Below are positions 49,439-62,463 of a stretch of DNA of 64,000 nucleotides, one piece after another (within the stretch, counting starts at the first letter, position 1; each line of letters starts with the position of its first letter). This stretch comes from Atractiella rhizophila. Taxonomy: Eukaryota. The stretch lies in NCBI GenBank assembly GCA_021432655.1, contig MU271219.1, positions 1-64,000 of the forward strand, given 5' to 3'. Both the position numbers and the translations under genes were made by a program. The notes under the pieces are model-generated. The model saw nothing but the letters and a program-made list of their open reading frames with translations, did not search any database and was not told the origin of the DNA.

Positions 49439-52400
49439 CTAACAACCTTCCGCAATGCTTTCCAACGCCTCCACCATAACCTTTGGATTCGTCATCAATG
49501 AGTGATCTGCCCCTTGGACGACGTTGACGGTGCAGCTGAGCATTTCCCGCTCCATCCACCTTATCGAGCTGAGAGGGATCTTTTCATCTCGATCGCCATG
49601 CCAGACTTTCACCTCCGCGTTCACTTGAGAGTACTTGAACCCGAAAGGCCGTCCATTCTTCCCTAATATGGCCAACAAATCGGCCGTTCCACCTTTCAGG
49701 GATTCAGCATGTGAGGCCTGTAGGAGGGCAGTTCCAATATCTTGAGCCGGGGGAGGTTCATATGGTGCATTTGAGGAGGATGCCAACGAAGGAGGACGAT
49801 TGTTGAAAGAAGTTCTCGGGGAGATGGAAGGTGGAGGGCTGCAGTCTTCCGTGGAAGGAAGGGGAGAGTTCCTCAAACCGCTTCTTGGGCTGCTCGTATT
49901 TCTCCTTTGCGGCGTCGGTTTCTTGGCTTCGAACAAGCCACCAAACAACTTGCTCCTCTTCACTCCGCCCGTGCTACCGTCGGCCCACCTTTCCTGCACT
50001 TCTTGACTGAAACGACTTCCAATATCAGATAACTGGTCGTAATCCGACGAATCAAAGCTCGTGCTCTCCTTGTTCCATGCCACTGGAGCAGCTTTGTCAA
50101 ATCCCACTCCTTCCACCGCCAGTTTCGGCGCCTTTCCCAACTTCCAACTCGTCACCTTCCACTCCGCCGCCTGCGCAGTCTTGATCACTCCATTCGGTAC
50201 GAACTTAAGCCACTTGTACCCTCCTGCTCCCTCTGCACTGTCCGCAAGATCCGTGAGACCGACCCAAGGGGCAAGGAGATGGATGCTGCCGACAATCCGT
50301 GCATCCATTCGAAGACTGCAAGCGAGAGCGTACGGCGCACCGGCGGAATGTGCGAGAATGGAGAATCGGCCAATATCGAGCTGATCGACGACTTCTTCAA
50401 TCACGCTGGCCCACTCCAAGAACCCCCGTTTACTCTCGTCTACCTCTGTCGTTCGTCCCAATCCCCAACGATCGACACAGACGAGCCTGAGACCAAGAGC
50501 ATCCGCCATTTCGTCGTATAGACCAACAAGGTAACGGACACCACCTAAACCGAGAAAGACCAAGACGGGATGTCCATCTTTCCTCCCCAAATCACATAGA
50601 GAAACCGTGACCTTCTGATTTGGCGGCCTTGTTAATTTCAAGAGCCTCGTGAGCCTTGGGGACCGTAGGTATTCTGCTATCTTCCTCTCTGCGGGATTAG
50701 AGGACAGTGACGGTTTTGGAGGGAGGGAAGGCGTGGACTGAAGGTCGTGCGAGTGCTGTCGCTTCTCCTCCTTCTTGTCCGACCCATTCAGCATCCCAGG
50801 CGACGGGCGTGAAGGGAAGCTCTTGGAATGATGTACCCTCTTGTCAACGGCTACGCCTAGTCTCGCAGCGCGGACCACCTCTTCCGTTACACTATCCAAT
50901 GACACCCTTTCATCTCCTCCCTCCTCCTCCTCCGAAATGTGACCACTGATCGTTCTCCCTCCGCTCCCAGCCAGTCCCCGAGAGATGCTGGGTATCGGAG
51001 GCATTGGGTTTGCAGGAGAATGGCGGCTGAGGATCTCTTCAAGGGATGGGATGGCAGACTTCTTTTCCGGAGCAGGGGAATTGTGGAGCGACAGACCAAC
51101 AGTGGAGAGAGGAGGGGAAGGCAGGACTCCGCCAACGGTTCTTGCCTTTAGCAAAGAGTCCAGCGTCGGAATGGGCTTCTTTTCCTCGACTGGAGATGGA
51201 GAAGAGGGGACTGAAGGAGGCGATTGCGTGAGGTCTTCTGAGAAGAGGTCGTCTTTCAGCACGTAGGGTAAAGGGATATGGGCACTGCCCGCACTGGGAG
51301 GGAACTCCTTACTGGAGACCGTCGTCGGATTGGAAGATGCGGCTGAGCTCCTCTTCCTCCTCTTCTCAAACAACGACTTGAAATCTTCCTCGTCCTCTGA
51401 GCTGCCCACTTCCTTCCCTCCAGCGACTCCAGCTCCGTTGACAGGGATGCCAGAGTAAAAGGAAGAAGCGCCGAGCAGTCGCTTTTTCTCTTCTTCCCGA
51501 CGACGCTCCTCCTCTTTCTCCCTCTCACGTTCCCGTCGACGAACTTTCTTCACACTCTCTTCAGCGCCAGGTGAAAGGGCCGTATCCCGCAACGACTCGA
51601 CCATTCTATCCATATTAGTAACACTTATCGCTCCTGGACCTGTTCCAGTTCGCAGAGTAACTCAGCTTCCACGAAGATAGCTGAGAAAAGGCAGAAGTGC
51701 TCACCGGTAGCATCTGGTCCCACAAACAAGCTCGCTAAGACCCTCACATCCTCCTCCCTAACCTGCCCAATAGCACTCTCTTCCGTCCCGTCCACGCTCA
51801 AAGTGCTGCCGCCACCGACGCTGCTGGAGCTCTGCCTCTTCCTCAACCTGCCCATCAAACCGCCCATCCCTCCGCTCAACCTGCGTTCGGAGCCCACTCC
51901 ACTTACGCCCGAACTCCGACTGCTCGTCCTCTTCAAGCTCAACGACGGTCTCTTCCCGATCCCAAGACCCGAAATCGCGGGCTCGCTCTTCCTTGGACCT
52001 TGGACTGGCAGAGGCAATGGCGGTGCGACTTTGGTAGCGCTCCCACCTCCTTGTGCGTGTGCTTGACGGGTGCGATCGCGGAGACCAGGCTCGCTCTTCC
52101 TCGCTAGCTTAATACCCCTCTCCAGCTCTCGCTCCTCTCTCCTCACCTTCCCTTTCGACGAGAACCTGATGTCGCCACCTTCTCCCGCATCGCTCTCTGC
52201 GCGTGTGACACGAGGACGGTTAAGGACAGACGAAGAAGGTTTGGAAGTTGACCGCGAGGAAGAGGAGGCCGTTCCTTGGAAAACAGGAGAGGAGGTTGAT
52301 GACGAGGTGGACGTAGTGCTAGATGGAGGGTTCGAAGTCTGTTTTGGGACAAGATGGAATGTATCCACTCCTTCACTGGTGGTGGTTGACATGGGAACGG

Positions 52401-53442
52401 AGAATTTGGGAAGCATCGGACGGTTGGAAGATGAAGAGGAACGAGGGAAGGTGTGCACATTGCTCGAAGAAGACGTTCCATGTCCTACATCGCTCTTCGT
52501 TCCCCTAACACCTCCACCTCTGAATCCATCGCGCAGCGCATCTACGTTCGAGAAGGTGGCGAACGCCGGAGAGGTTGAAGGTGACGAGGCCAAGCTCCCT
52601 CCTCCCATCCCGCCATTCAACGAAGGAGAATTGAGCGGGCTCAATCCATCGCTCCGCGCGTACCTATCTGCGATAGGACTCTGTCTCCGCTCACCGTCTA
52701 ATGCTGCGTTACCGATGCTCCTCTCGCTCCAAGCTGGACTCCGGAGCGATGGATCGAACGACATCTCCCACGGGCTGGGAGTCGGAATCTCGCTCAGTCC
52801 AGAGGACAGAGTGGAGAGTGAGAAGTTGGACGAATTGAGCTCGAGAGACGGAAGGGTGAGATTTGGTGGTAGAGAATGTTGTTTCGTTCGCTGTTCCCTC
52901 TCCTTTGGTGAGGCAGAAGATGAAGATGAAGGTAATACGGGGAGCGTGGGATGCCTGGAAGGATTCTTGGGAGGAAGAGGGAGGGAAGGAACGGATTTTG
53001 ATGGAGCCGGAGGGATGGGGAGAGACTTGGTGGACGATACGCCTACAGAAGCTAGGGAACCTCCTCGAGAGGAACTGCGCGACGGTTTCGATGACGATGG
53101 CTGGTCGGAAGCGCTCTTGGACATGCCTATCCCTCCTCCAGTCCCAGTCCCAGTCCTTGCCGACGGCCGCCTCTCCCTCTCCCTCTCCTTCGAGTTCCTC
53201 TTCGTATTAGAGCCGCTACTCGCTATGGGAGCTGAATTATTGGACAGACTCGAAGTTCGCGGCCTGGCAGTCGCATTCGAGGCAGCAGACGAAGGCCTGG
53301 AAGATGAAGGCGAAGGGGATGGCGCCAACGAAGAGGTGGACGGACGGACGCGCAAATTTGGGAGGGGAGATGTGGAGGTGGAGGGAATGTTCGAACGCCC
53401 ATACGTCTGGAAGTAGGACGAGGAGGATGTTTGGATGGACAT
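49439..53442 (-). CDS. Alpha/beta-hydrolase-fold protein with a very long Ser-rich disordered N-terminus; one intron at ~51640-51704
   Basis: VFLGLGGVRY...CVDRWGLGRT...ILAHSAGAPYALA...VWHGDRDEKI...GADHSLM. The two long ORFs join in frame via GTGAGC...CAG. Confidence 0.85.
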
Positions 53443-54932
53443 TCTGCACATTTTTCCCTATCTGGCGATGAATTGATGGAGGAGAAAGCGCACCTTCTGG
53501 GTGACTCTGCACCTTATATGATACTGTATTACAATGCGCGTACTACCCTCCTAATTGCTATTATCCCAGAATATTTCCTTATGAAAACGACAGTAATAAT
53601 CTCCTGATTAACGACCTGATTAGTATTAGAGACGGGAGCAGTTCGCAGGGACAGGGAGTAGAGGTGCGACAGCGGGATCCCAGTGGGATTAACAGAGGAC
53701 TAAGACGTGAGTGAAGACGTGAGCTGAAAGAAGGTGGTCGATGAAAAGAACTTGCAAGAAGCCACTGAAACGCTCGTCTCGGAACCGAATTTAGATTCTC
53801 ATCCTATTCTTTAGTTGTTCCTCACTAAACGACGACTCAAGTCGTTAATCACGCATCAGCAAGGTGCCAATAGCCAATAGACCTTATTCAGGATCGACCA
53901 GCCTTTATACCGCTAGTTCTTACTCTTCTGAATCCTCAGAGAGGGATGGGCTCGCTACCCAAGGCCAGGGCTGTCCCTTTCACATAGTCCAGCGTCCCAA
54001 CCTGATCCAATAGATGTCGACGAATGGTTCTCAGCTGACGACGGACAAATACTTGAGAACACAAATATGTTTATACCTCAATCTTCAAGTACGACCATCA
54101 GCGCCTCTCCGTAAAGCGAGGAGCGTGATGCGGTATCCTACTCTTCTGTTCATTACCAGAACTGACAGCCTTAATTCGTGCATGTGCAGCATCGAGGATT
54201 TCAAACAATCTATCTGAACAATTGAGGCAACCAGACTCTCAGAATGTTTGGAAACCTCTTCGATATCTCTTGGTTGGATCTCTAAATCTTTCTTGAGCAA
54301 GTGCTTTCGTTCAAGTTGTTCATTTTTGGTTCCTTTCATTTCATCTTGAGTGCTGTGACTTTGAGACGAAGGCAGATTATGCCTCTTCGCTCGATTCGCT
54401 CGATGGGAACCTTATGAGTAAAATCAGATCGAATCAAGCGATGGAGTTGCGAGAGTCGGATTCGGATGAAGCAGGGTGAGCGGTGACTTATACTATGTCT
54501 CTTCGTCAAAGCAACACTCAATCATGAATTCCTTTCGAGGTTCCAAGTCCCATGCCCAGTACGAGATTGGCGGGCGGGACATATTCATCAGCTTGAAAGT
54601 TGAGCATGCCCTCCTGCGTGCATCCGAAGTCGCAGTCGTTTTTCGTTCTTTTCTCCCCTTTGGAACAGGCCACAATGAGGCTCAGAATAGCTAGAATGCA
54701 GATGATGGATCAACTATTCTCCTTCCATCTCCGCCAGGTCTTGCCAATTCTTTCATCGTCCTCTGCCAAGCCTATGCCCCGCTGCACGCAATTCACATTT
54801 CCGCAAGGACGTCGTTACAAATTCCCCTGATATAAAGGCAAGACAAGATCTCAAAGTGGTGCCCTTCAGCCCTTCCCGTACTAGGTTGAAGATCTTGTTT
54901 ACACATTGTAACACGTCGAATTCGCCTCCAAC

Positions 54933-57314
54933 ATGTCTAACGAGAAGGAGCTCTATGAGGAGTCCCAGCAGGAAAAGATTGGGTCTTCCCTCACACCCAT
55001 CCCTTCCTACCACATCGACCATGTGGCGGAGAAGAAATTGGTGAGGAAGCTCGACATGACTATATTGCCTGCAGTCACGATTGTGTACCTCCTGAATTTC
55101 ATTGGTTGGTCCACTTCCATTCCCTTGTTGTGGAGCATGCTCATTTCAGCGCTTCTCAGATCGCGCAAATATGTATGTCTTCGCCAATGGTGCAGGTTGA
55201 CATTGAGCATCGGTTGAAGTGGAAATGCACGAGCGGCTGGTTTGGAGAGGGACCTTAAGCTGAAGGGTACGCGCTACATCCGTTCTTTCTTCGATCTCTC
55301 TCATTCTTTGTGATATTTTCAGGATACGAGTTCAATGGTACGCCTCTTTGACAGCCTTGCAGCCTTGGTCGAAGCTGATGGATCCGCCCAAACTTCAGTT
55401 TGCGCATCCATCTTCTTCGTCGCTTACGTCCTTACGGAAATCCCCTCAAACTTACTCCTTAAACGCGTCGGCTTCATGATGGTGCGTGCCTTGTTTCTTA
55501 ACCATGGAGTAACTGCGATCTAAAGACGCAAAAGGTCCCCATCGCTCTAATAGTCTTCGGATGGATCACCTTTTCCATCGCTTACATCCACGACTTTGGG
55601 GATCTGGTCGGAGTTCGAATCGTCCTCGGTATGTCCCAAGTTGGCTCGTGAATGCTTCTGACAACCAACACCTTATTGTCAACAGGCGTCGCGGAGGCCA
55701 CAACTTTGCCTGGTTGTACCTATCTTCTTGGAAGATATTATCGTCGTAGTGAGGTGTGTGTCCTCCCAGCGTATTCTTCGATCCTGAGGCATTCACTTGT
55801 AGATTGTCTGGAGGTGAGCCGCTAGAAGATCTTCATTGTCATTTCTGAAGACAGCCCAGGATCGGCATCTTCGTGAACGTCAGTGCTGGGCTGTCAGGAG
55901 GCTTCGGAGGTGCGCTTCTTTAGCCTCAATTGGTCGTGAAACTGCCAATCACTCTTTCTACAGGACTACTAGCCTCTGGTTTCCTTCATGTCGCGCCAAT
56001 TGCAGGAAGGACAACTTGGAGGTACTTCAAATTCGATTCTTCCATGGTTGCAGGCTGAACGAGGGCATTTGGATCTTCAGGTCCATATTCTTTGTCGAAG
56101 GCATCATCACCATCGGTATCGGTATCCTATTCCTATTCCTCTTTCCCGCCGATCCCCTCAAGACTCGGTTATTCAACGAAGAAGAAAGGGAATTGGCTAT
56201 CCGAAGAGTTCTGGCCGATCAGCCCGCCGTTCGCCAGTCCAAGGAAGCAACAAAGTTGACGCTCGTCTTAAGAGCGCTGACCAGCGTCACTGTTGGTCCC
56301 CTCCTCTGCCCTCTAGAATGTGGCTGAAGAGCCACCATAGGGGCTTGCATGCACGTTGGGTTTCATCCTCAACAACATTATCTTTCAAGGGATTACAGTT
56401 TTCCTGCCGTCGATCATAGGGACCCTTGGGCATTATACTCCTGTGGAAATTCAGGTGCGTATGCTTTTTATCCACCATTCCACTGCACGCCTAGATTGAC
56501 TGTCGAACAGCTTAGAACCGTGCCTGTGTACATGGCCGCCGTTGTCTGGGCTGTTATCATCAACTACATCTCTTTGAGAACTCGAAACCATTCCTATTGC
56601 ATCATTGGAAGCATCTCGATGACGGTGTGTTTCGTTCACCTAGTCTGGTCCGAACTCAAGCAGGTGATAACAGGTTATTGGCTATGCCCTGTGGCTCAGT
56701 CACAAAGAGCCCAAGGTTTGTGATGAAATATGTTCACTGCACCTGTCATCTTAGTTGCCTGTAGGTCAGGTATGCAGCACTCTTCCTCAACACTATGGGA
56801 TCCATGCCCGTAGGGCCCTTTTGGTTATCATGGGCCATGGCGAACGCTTCTCCATCAACTGTCCAAGCTGTCACTCCCGCTCTGGTCACAGGTGTTGGTA
56901 AGCTCACTTCTGGGTGCTCGTCGAAATTTGTGCTAATCCATGGAGCAGGGGCACTTGGCAGCATAGTCGGGACTTGGATTTACCTGCCTAAGGATCAGCC
57001 TGGAGGATACCGGACGGGAAACATCGTGAATGAGACTGCAGCTTGTTGCCTCATCTTGACTTCGGCTGCATTGGCTGTCTGGATTCGCTGGGAGAACCAA
57101 GAAAGGGAGAAGGGTAAAAGAGATCATAGGTACAATCTGCCGAAGGAGGAAGTCGAGGTCCTTGGATCGTTCGTATTCTTTGATCTATTGAGCCTGTGAA
57201 TGGAACACTGATGTTGTTTCGGAACGAACAGCAAGCATCCTGAGTATAGGCAAGTCCTCGGCTTTGACTTCAAGCGGCAGGAAGCTGACATTATATCATA
57301 GGTACCACTACTGA
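54933..57314 (+). CDS. MFS anion:cation symporter (allantoate/nicotinate permease-like), many short exons
   Basis: EKKLVRKLDMTILP...YLLNFI|DRAN|GNAR...YVLTEIPSNLLLKR...W|RSIFFVEGIITI...FNEEERELA...WENQEREKGKRDHR. Confidence 0.9.
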
Positions 57315-57712
57315 AGTCTCGGCTCTATTCGTGGTTCTTTGGGATATCTTGAGGTGGTTTTGATCCTCAATTCACGAGTGCATGTACAGTTAATGATTGG
57401 GAACGCTGCTTTACTTCATTGATGTTGCGTCGACTTCAAGCGAACCAACCTCGTGCCAACTGTTAGACATCACGGGAGAGCAACCGAATCTCCCAGAGAA
57501 TACGCCAATGTATCTCTACGAGCGAAGCACTCGCAGCCGCTGGTAGTTGTCACCTTGCCAGATGATGTTGAAGCAAGCCCAAAGTCAAGCCTTGGTAGTG
57601 AAGATGCAACTGGTCTAACCTGAAGTTGATTAACCAGCAGAAAGTGCAGATGATGTAAGATATGCACCCGTGTTTAGACGCCTGTTAGTAACCCTTACAA
57701 TGTCTAATCTCG

Positions 57713-59256
57713 CTACAAACCCTCTTCTTCAGCATCGTTTAGCTGTGACACAGTAACACTGTTGCTGCCAATATCGCTTTCCGTCACTGCCTTCTTTACT
57801 TCCTGCGCACGTCGCCAATAATACTCTTTAGGTGTTTCTGACGTAAGCGTTGGCTGGTCCTCCTACCCATCCATCAGCCGAGAAGGATGAGGCAGAAGGT
57901 ACTTGCCTGGTCTATTTCGACAATCGTTGTATTCTGCACAACCACCGCAGAAATCCCAGAAGTCCTTGGCATTGTTCCAGTAACCTTCAGAGAAGGAGAT
58001 CCTGAGGAACGGAGACTGTTTCTAAGCAAGAGGTTTGCCAGCAAAGTTAACGTGTCTTTGGTTGACCATGCATGCATCAGTCAATATATGGGTGAAGTAG
58101 GGAGAGTGGCTCACAACCACGACCTAACGGATATGCAACACCAGCCGAGTAGGTGTTTAACCGATTTGTGAGATATACGACGAGGACGATACAAGCCCAA
58201 AGACTTGATGCGGCAACAACGCGTCAGCCGTGACACCTGCAGAGTTGAACGGCAGACCTGGTAAGCAACCCAGTCTCGACCGTCATGATGATTAAGCGAG
58301 AGAGAATCGACCGTGTTTCATCGACTGTTGTTCGTCGATGGAAGCCGTAGAGGTCGTAGACCAGGGCAGAAGCGATCAAAATGTCTAGATCGAACTAATC
58401 AGGAAAGGGAGGCGACTAGACAGCACAGACCAGTTGCTGCTTCTAAACCTAACCAAAGGCTGTTGGAAGTCAACGTCAGGCCGCAAGGGATACGTGACAT
58501 ACGTCAGGTAAACAGCTAAACTTTCTTGCAGGTACAAGGTAGCGTGTTGAACGAGCGCGACAGCAAGGGCGAGTGAGGTTGCGAACTTGCCAAAACTATT
58601 AGGAGCGAAGGCGGCCGACAGTTTGCTTACAGCTGCCATTGTACTTGCGAGTAGAAAGAGACTGATGAGTACATTCCGAGAAAGTTTCCAGTATCGATGG
58701 AGGAGGAAAGTTTGTAAAACGAGTGCCGTCAATGCCTTGACTCGGGGTCAACTGATGACAACAAAGATTGAGCCAACACTTGCTGTGCAAAGCTCGTAGA
58801 CGATAACTATAGTGCAATCAGTTCATTTCCGACAACGGGGTCATTTACTTACAATGCCAATGTTGTCCCAAGAGGTAGCTGAATTCCCCTACACTCAGCA
58901 TCAGTCTATCAGTCCTTACGAGGAATCTGGGCTGACCGAAGTGAGTGATTGCATAGTCGTAGACGCCCATCTGGGACACAATCACGGCTACTGTGTCTAC
59001 CACGAGCACCTACAGAGTGTCAGCGCGCCATTTCTTGTCACGAAATGAGATTGAGAATTACAAAGGCTATCGCACACTTGAGGACTGCAGTGTCTTTGAC
59101 CACGCGTTGCTGATACCAGTGGTGGGCTAACAAAAGTTCGATGCCATAGAGAGCAGTGGATATCCAGCTTCCAATCATCAGCGGCGCCACGACCGCACTC
59201 ACAACTTGCTCAACGAAGTCAGCTAGCTGCGTATCGTTTGACACAGAGGATGACAT
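57713..59256 (-). CDS. Integral membrane protein (DUF6534-like), multi-exon
   Basis: PLMIGSWISTALYGIELL...QTFLLHRYWKLSRN...RLIIMTVETGLLT...TLLANLLLRNSLR...EEEGL*. Confidence 0.75.
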
Positions 59257-59796
59257 GCTGTCTGCGGCGCTAAGAAACAAGCGAAAGAAAAGATATCTAA
59301 GAGGGACGCCCTTGCCGGAGGGAATCATATAGTAGTGCATTTGGAACGAAAGAAGCGATGCCGTTCATTGTGAGACCGAATCAAGCTGATTAACTGGAAT
59401 AAGGGGAATTTCCAACATTTTGAATAATGACAAAGGCAATGGAAGGAGATGCAACTTCATAAGTGAGGTTAGCAACAGAACATTCCGAATGGGCCTTCGA
59501 AAACTAATTCGACTTCCTCTGTACTTCTTCCGGGTGCAGACTGGATGCAGGTCTATAACAGGATGTAGAGATGTACTGGGCGTCACGGGAACCCAGCAGA
59601 TTTCATTCTGCATATGGGCGCGGAAGTAGGTTCCCACAAGGCGGCCGATATTTTGAGTCAAGCATGAGGGAAGACTCGAGATCATAAAACATATACGCTG
59701 TACTAACAAAGAAAGTGACATATCTCAATTGTCCATATTAAAGAGCCATACTTGAGAACGAAACAAACCCAAAGTCCCTGCTGCTTGGCTATACAA

Positions 59797-61276
59797 CTAC
59801 CCTCTAACAGCTCTCCACCCTAACCACACTCCACCGAAAACGAGCGCAACCATCGTTCCATAAGTCGCGCGATTCCTCGTTGCCGGAGAGCACGACGGGC
59901 AAGTCCACTCGCTTAGTGGTGTGTAGGCTGCAGGTTGGTACATGGCGAACTGATAGCCGACTTCTGGAGCGAACAAACCTGCTGAAGGAAGGACGGAAGG
60001 ACCTCGGGAGTCGAATATTTGGAGAGTATAGGTTGAGTCCACAAGTTGGCGATTTCCTGGGACATTCTGCCACTGTTCCCATGGACTCCAAACATAAGAC
60101 GTCTGTCGCCCATCGATTCCCGATGCTGGTCCAATGTCATACGTAAAGGCGTTCTTGCTACAGACGGCCTGGGAAAGCGGTCAGCTTAAGGTAACAGTGA
60201 TAGAAAACAGAAAGCTCCTTGCCTTAAGGGTAAGAGCTGTTGGTGTCCTTATGACGTCTGTTAGGGACCAGCCAAAAGTTATCGATTGTGACGGCGCGAC
60301 TGGTGAAAACGATGTTAGATCGATTGATGAGACACGGGTAAATGGCACTTTTGTAGTACGAAACGCCTGCTGTTATTGCTGGTGTGAGCAACGTAAGGCC
60401 ACCAGCCGGTGCATCCTACAAAAATCAATCAGTTCTGTTCATGGAAACAAACTCCGGAATCAGAGATAATGAAAGTGGCCACAGGACTGAGTGTGCCTTG
60501 TGGCTTCAATTTGGACTGCTGTGTTCTCCTTTTGACTGTTTCCCTTCCCAAAGCTGCCCGTCAATTGACACTGAAGGCGAGGCAAAATCTGATTTAGATG
60601 TTGAGGGACCGAAGAGATGGGTATGTAAGAAGGCTATACATACATCCCATTGCAGGTTAACAATGGTCAATAAAGTGCCTTCGAAGAGGAGCATTCTGTG
60701 CGGCATTCTTTGTGTTATGGGGATAGGCACAGGGACAGTCAAAATAGCAAGAAACAGTCCAAGTAGCTTTGATAGAGCTATACATTAACACGATGATGAT
60801 CAAAGTCAATGTACAGGAGCTCGGTGAATGGCATCATTTAGTTCTCCTGCAGTAAAATAGTCACAATTATGGAAGGAGCTGGGCAGGAGAATATGTGTTA
60901 GCAAGATCAGCATTGAAGCTTCCCGTGATGCTCGATAGGGCAACAAGGAAACGACATTCATCAGAAGAGTCCTAAATAAAGGAAAGTGCCTCGTCTTGCC
61001 CCTGTTCCCACAAGCTGTACTTCAGATGCGGATGGAAGGAAATTTCTTGCTTCACGCTCCCATCATGCAGTACGTGATTGATAAAGGTAAGGTAAAACTA
61101 CATACAACGGGTATGGGTGTGTCATCCTGCCTTTTCTCAATTTCAACCCTGGCCTCTGACCTCCTCTCTAGCGGCAGTGTCGGCGGCGTCGTGATCTGTG
61201 CCACGAATGCGTCGTTTGAAGAGGCTGAAGCTGCTAACGAAAGTACTGGGAGTGCGAGCAGGAGTAATGGCTTCAT
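59797..61276 (-). CDS. Conserved fungal secreted or membrane-anchored protein (PAGG...YYKI...ITFxW motif) with an unusually long first intron
   Basis: Signal peptide MKPLLLLALPVLSLAASA...DDTPIPV|DAPAGGLTLLTPAITAGVSYYK|IAPSQSITFGWS...|AVCSKN...FAMYQPAAYTPLSEWTCPSCS, then a hydrophobic tail. Confidence 0.8.
60416..61105 (-). ncRNA. Candidate structured intronic RNA (690-nt intron)
   Basis: GTATGT...TAG intron about 12 times the local norm, containing many nested inverted repeats (see findings). Confidence 0.55.
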
Positions 61277-62463
61277 TGCGACGGCAGGAGGACGTGAGTA
61301 GGGAGTCAAGGGTTGTTAACTTGTTGGCCTCGTCGTTCTGATGCAATGGACGTGCTTGTGAAAGGAGCAGAGACAATGAAAAATACTGTGAAAGATTCGT
61401 GAAACCTTCATCTTGACTTTCACATTTTGGATTGGAGTCGAAGCGTCGAGGGAACGAGCCTGGGAACCGTTGTAAGAACAAGGTGAGAGCTCCAGCTAAC
61501 TGTTGAGTAGTGTTGAGTATCGTTGTGGATGTGTTGGGCCTTTTATCATCATTGGTGCTTGAAGGCACTGGCTGGACCTCCCTTTGCCAGGGATTTCGAT
61601 GTTTTCCCGCATTCAAACTTGAAAGTTACAAATCAAAGGAGTTATTTATGAATTAAAGAACCCAGACTCAAAAATGATATCAATCCTCACGAGTAAACTG
61701 GGGGAAGTCAGTACTTTATGAGACTGTCTCGACGTTGTAATAGATCCACCAACATGTGTGGAACTCAGACCTTCAGAGTAAGTTTCACCCTCTGATTGTC
61801 CTCATGAAGCGCTGTGCTCCTTGTTATCATACTCCTTCCCAAGTCTCTCCCCTTGGTCTAGACGCTTGGACCACGTTTGAACTGACCTGTGCATGTTAGG
61901 CATTGTGAGACTTGCCATGTCACAACCACTGTTCCATCAAACCAGCCGCTTCGGCTCCAGTTCAGCATGTGATGGCCTGGAAGATTCGATTTTCATCATC
62001 TTCTAAGTTCCTACCGTGCACCTCTTTGAAAGTCTGCTCTTTTTGATTGATCGGATGCCGTCTGAATTCTGATTTTTGTCCTCTACCTCCGAAGCATTCG
62101 TTTTATGCCTAGAAACAGAGCCAGCATTTTCTCATCCGAATATTCGCACTGCTCGCAGCACATCAGTGCGTGCAGCCATACAAGCATTCTGTCTTTCATT
62201 ATCTGAACTCTTGCAACCATTGAACTATTAACCACCCTGTTAGCTCCAAAGTCCATTCTGCTGTCAGAACGCTCTATTTCCTCTCACGTATCTGTTGGTG
62301 ACATTATCTGCCCATTAAGCCGTGACCCTTTGACCCATCGACTAATGGCACCAACAGGAACCGTAGCGCTCCGAGTCACCTCTACTCGTGAAGGTCAAGT
62401 ACGTGTCCATAAAAGTATCAACTTCCAACAACGCCACAGCTCCCATCTACCAGTCGAACGGTC

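Noticed and set aside
52070..53416. 448-aa plus-strand ORF
   Set aside because: Antisense shadow of the Ser/Pro-rich exon of the minus-strand hydrolase gene; no motifs.
61017..61073. Small C/D-box snoRNA (AUGAUGG...CUGA with a gtact/agtac stem) at the 5' end of the long intron
   Set aside because: The C box is imperfect, the element is very short, I could not identify a target, and the same bases fit a simple hairpin.
60416..61105. Long intron as telomerase RNA, RNase P/MRP RNA, TPP riboswitch or snR30/U17
   Set aside because: There is no CUAACCCUAA-type template. The GGAAGCUUCAAU/AUUGAAGCCA pairing lacks the P4 bulged U and the CR-V consensus. There is no TPP UGAGA/CUUGAU core and no snR30 m1/m2 motifs. 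It is kept only as an unclassified structured RNA.
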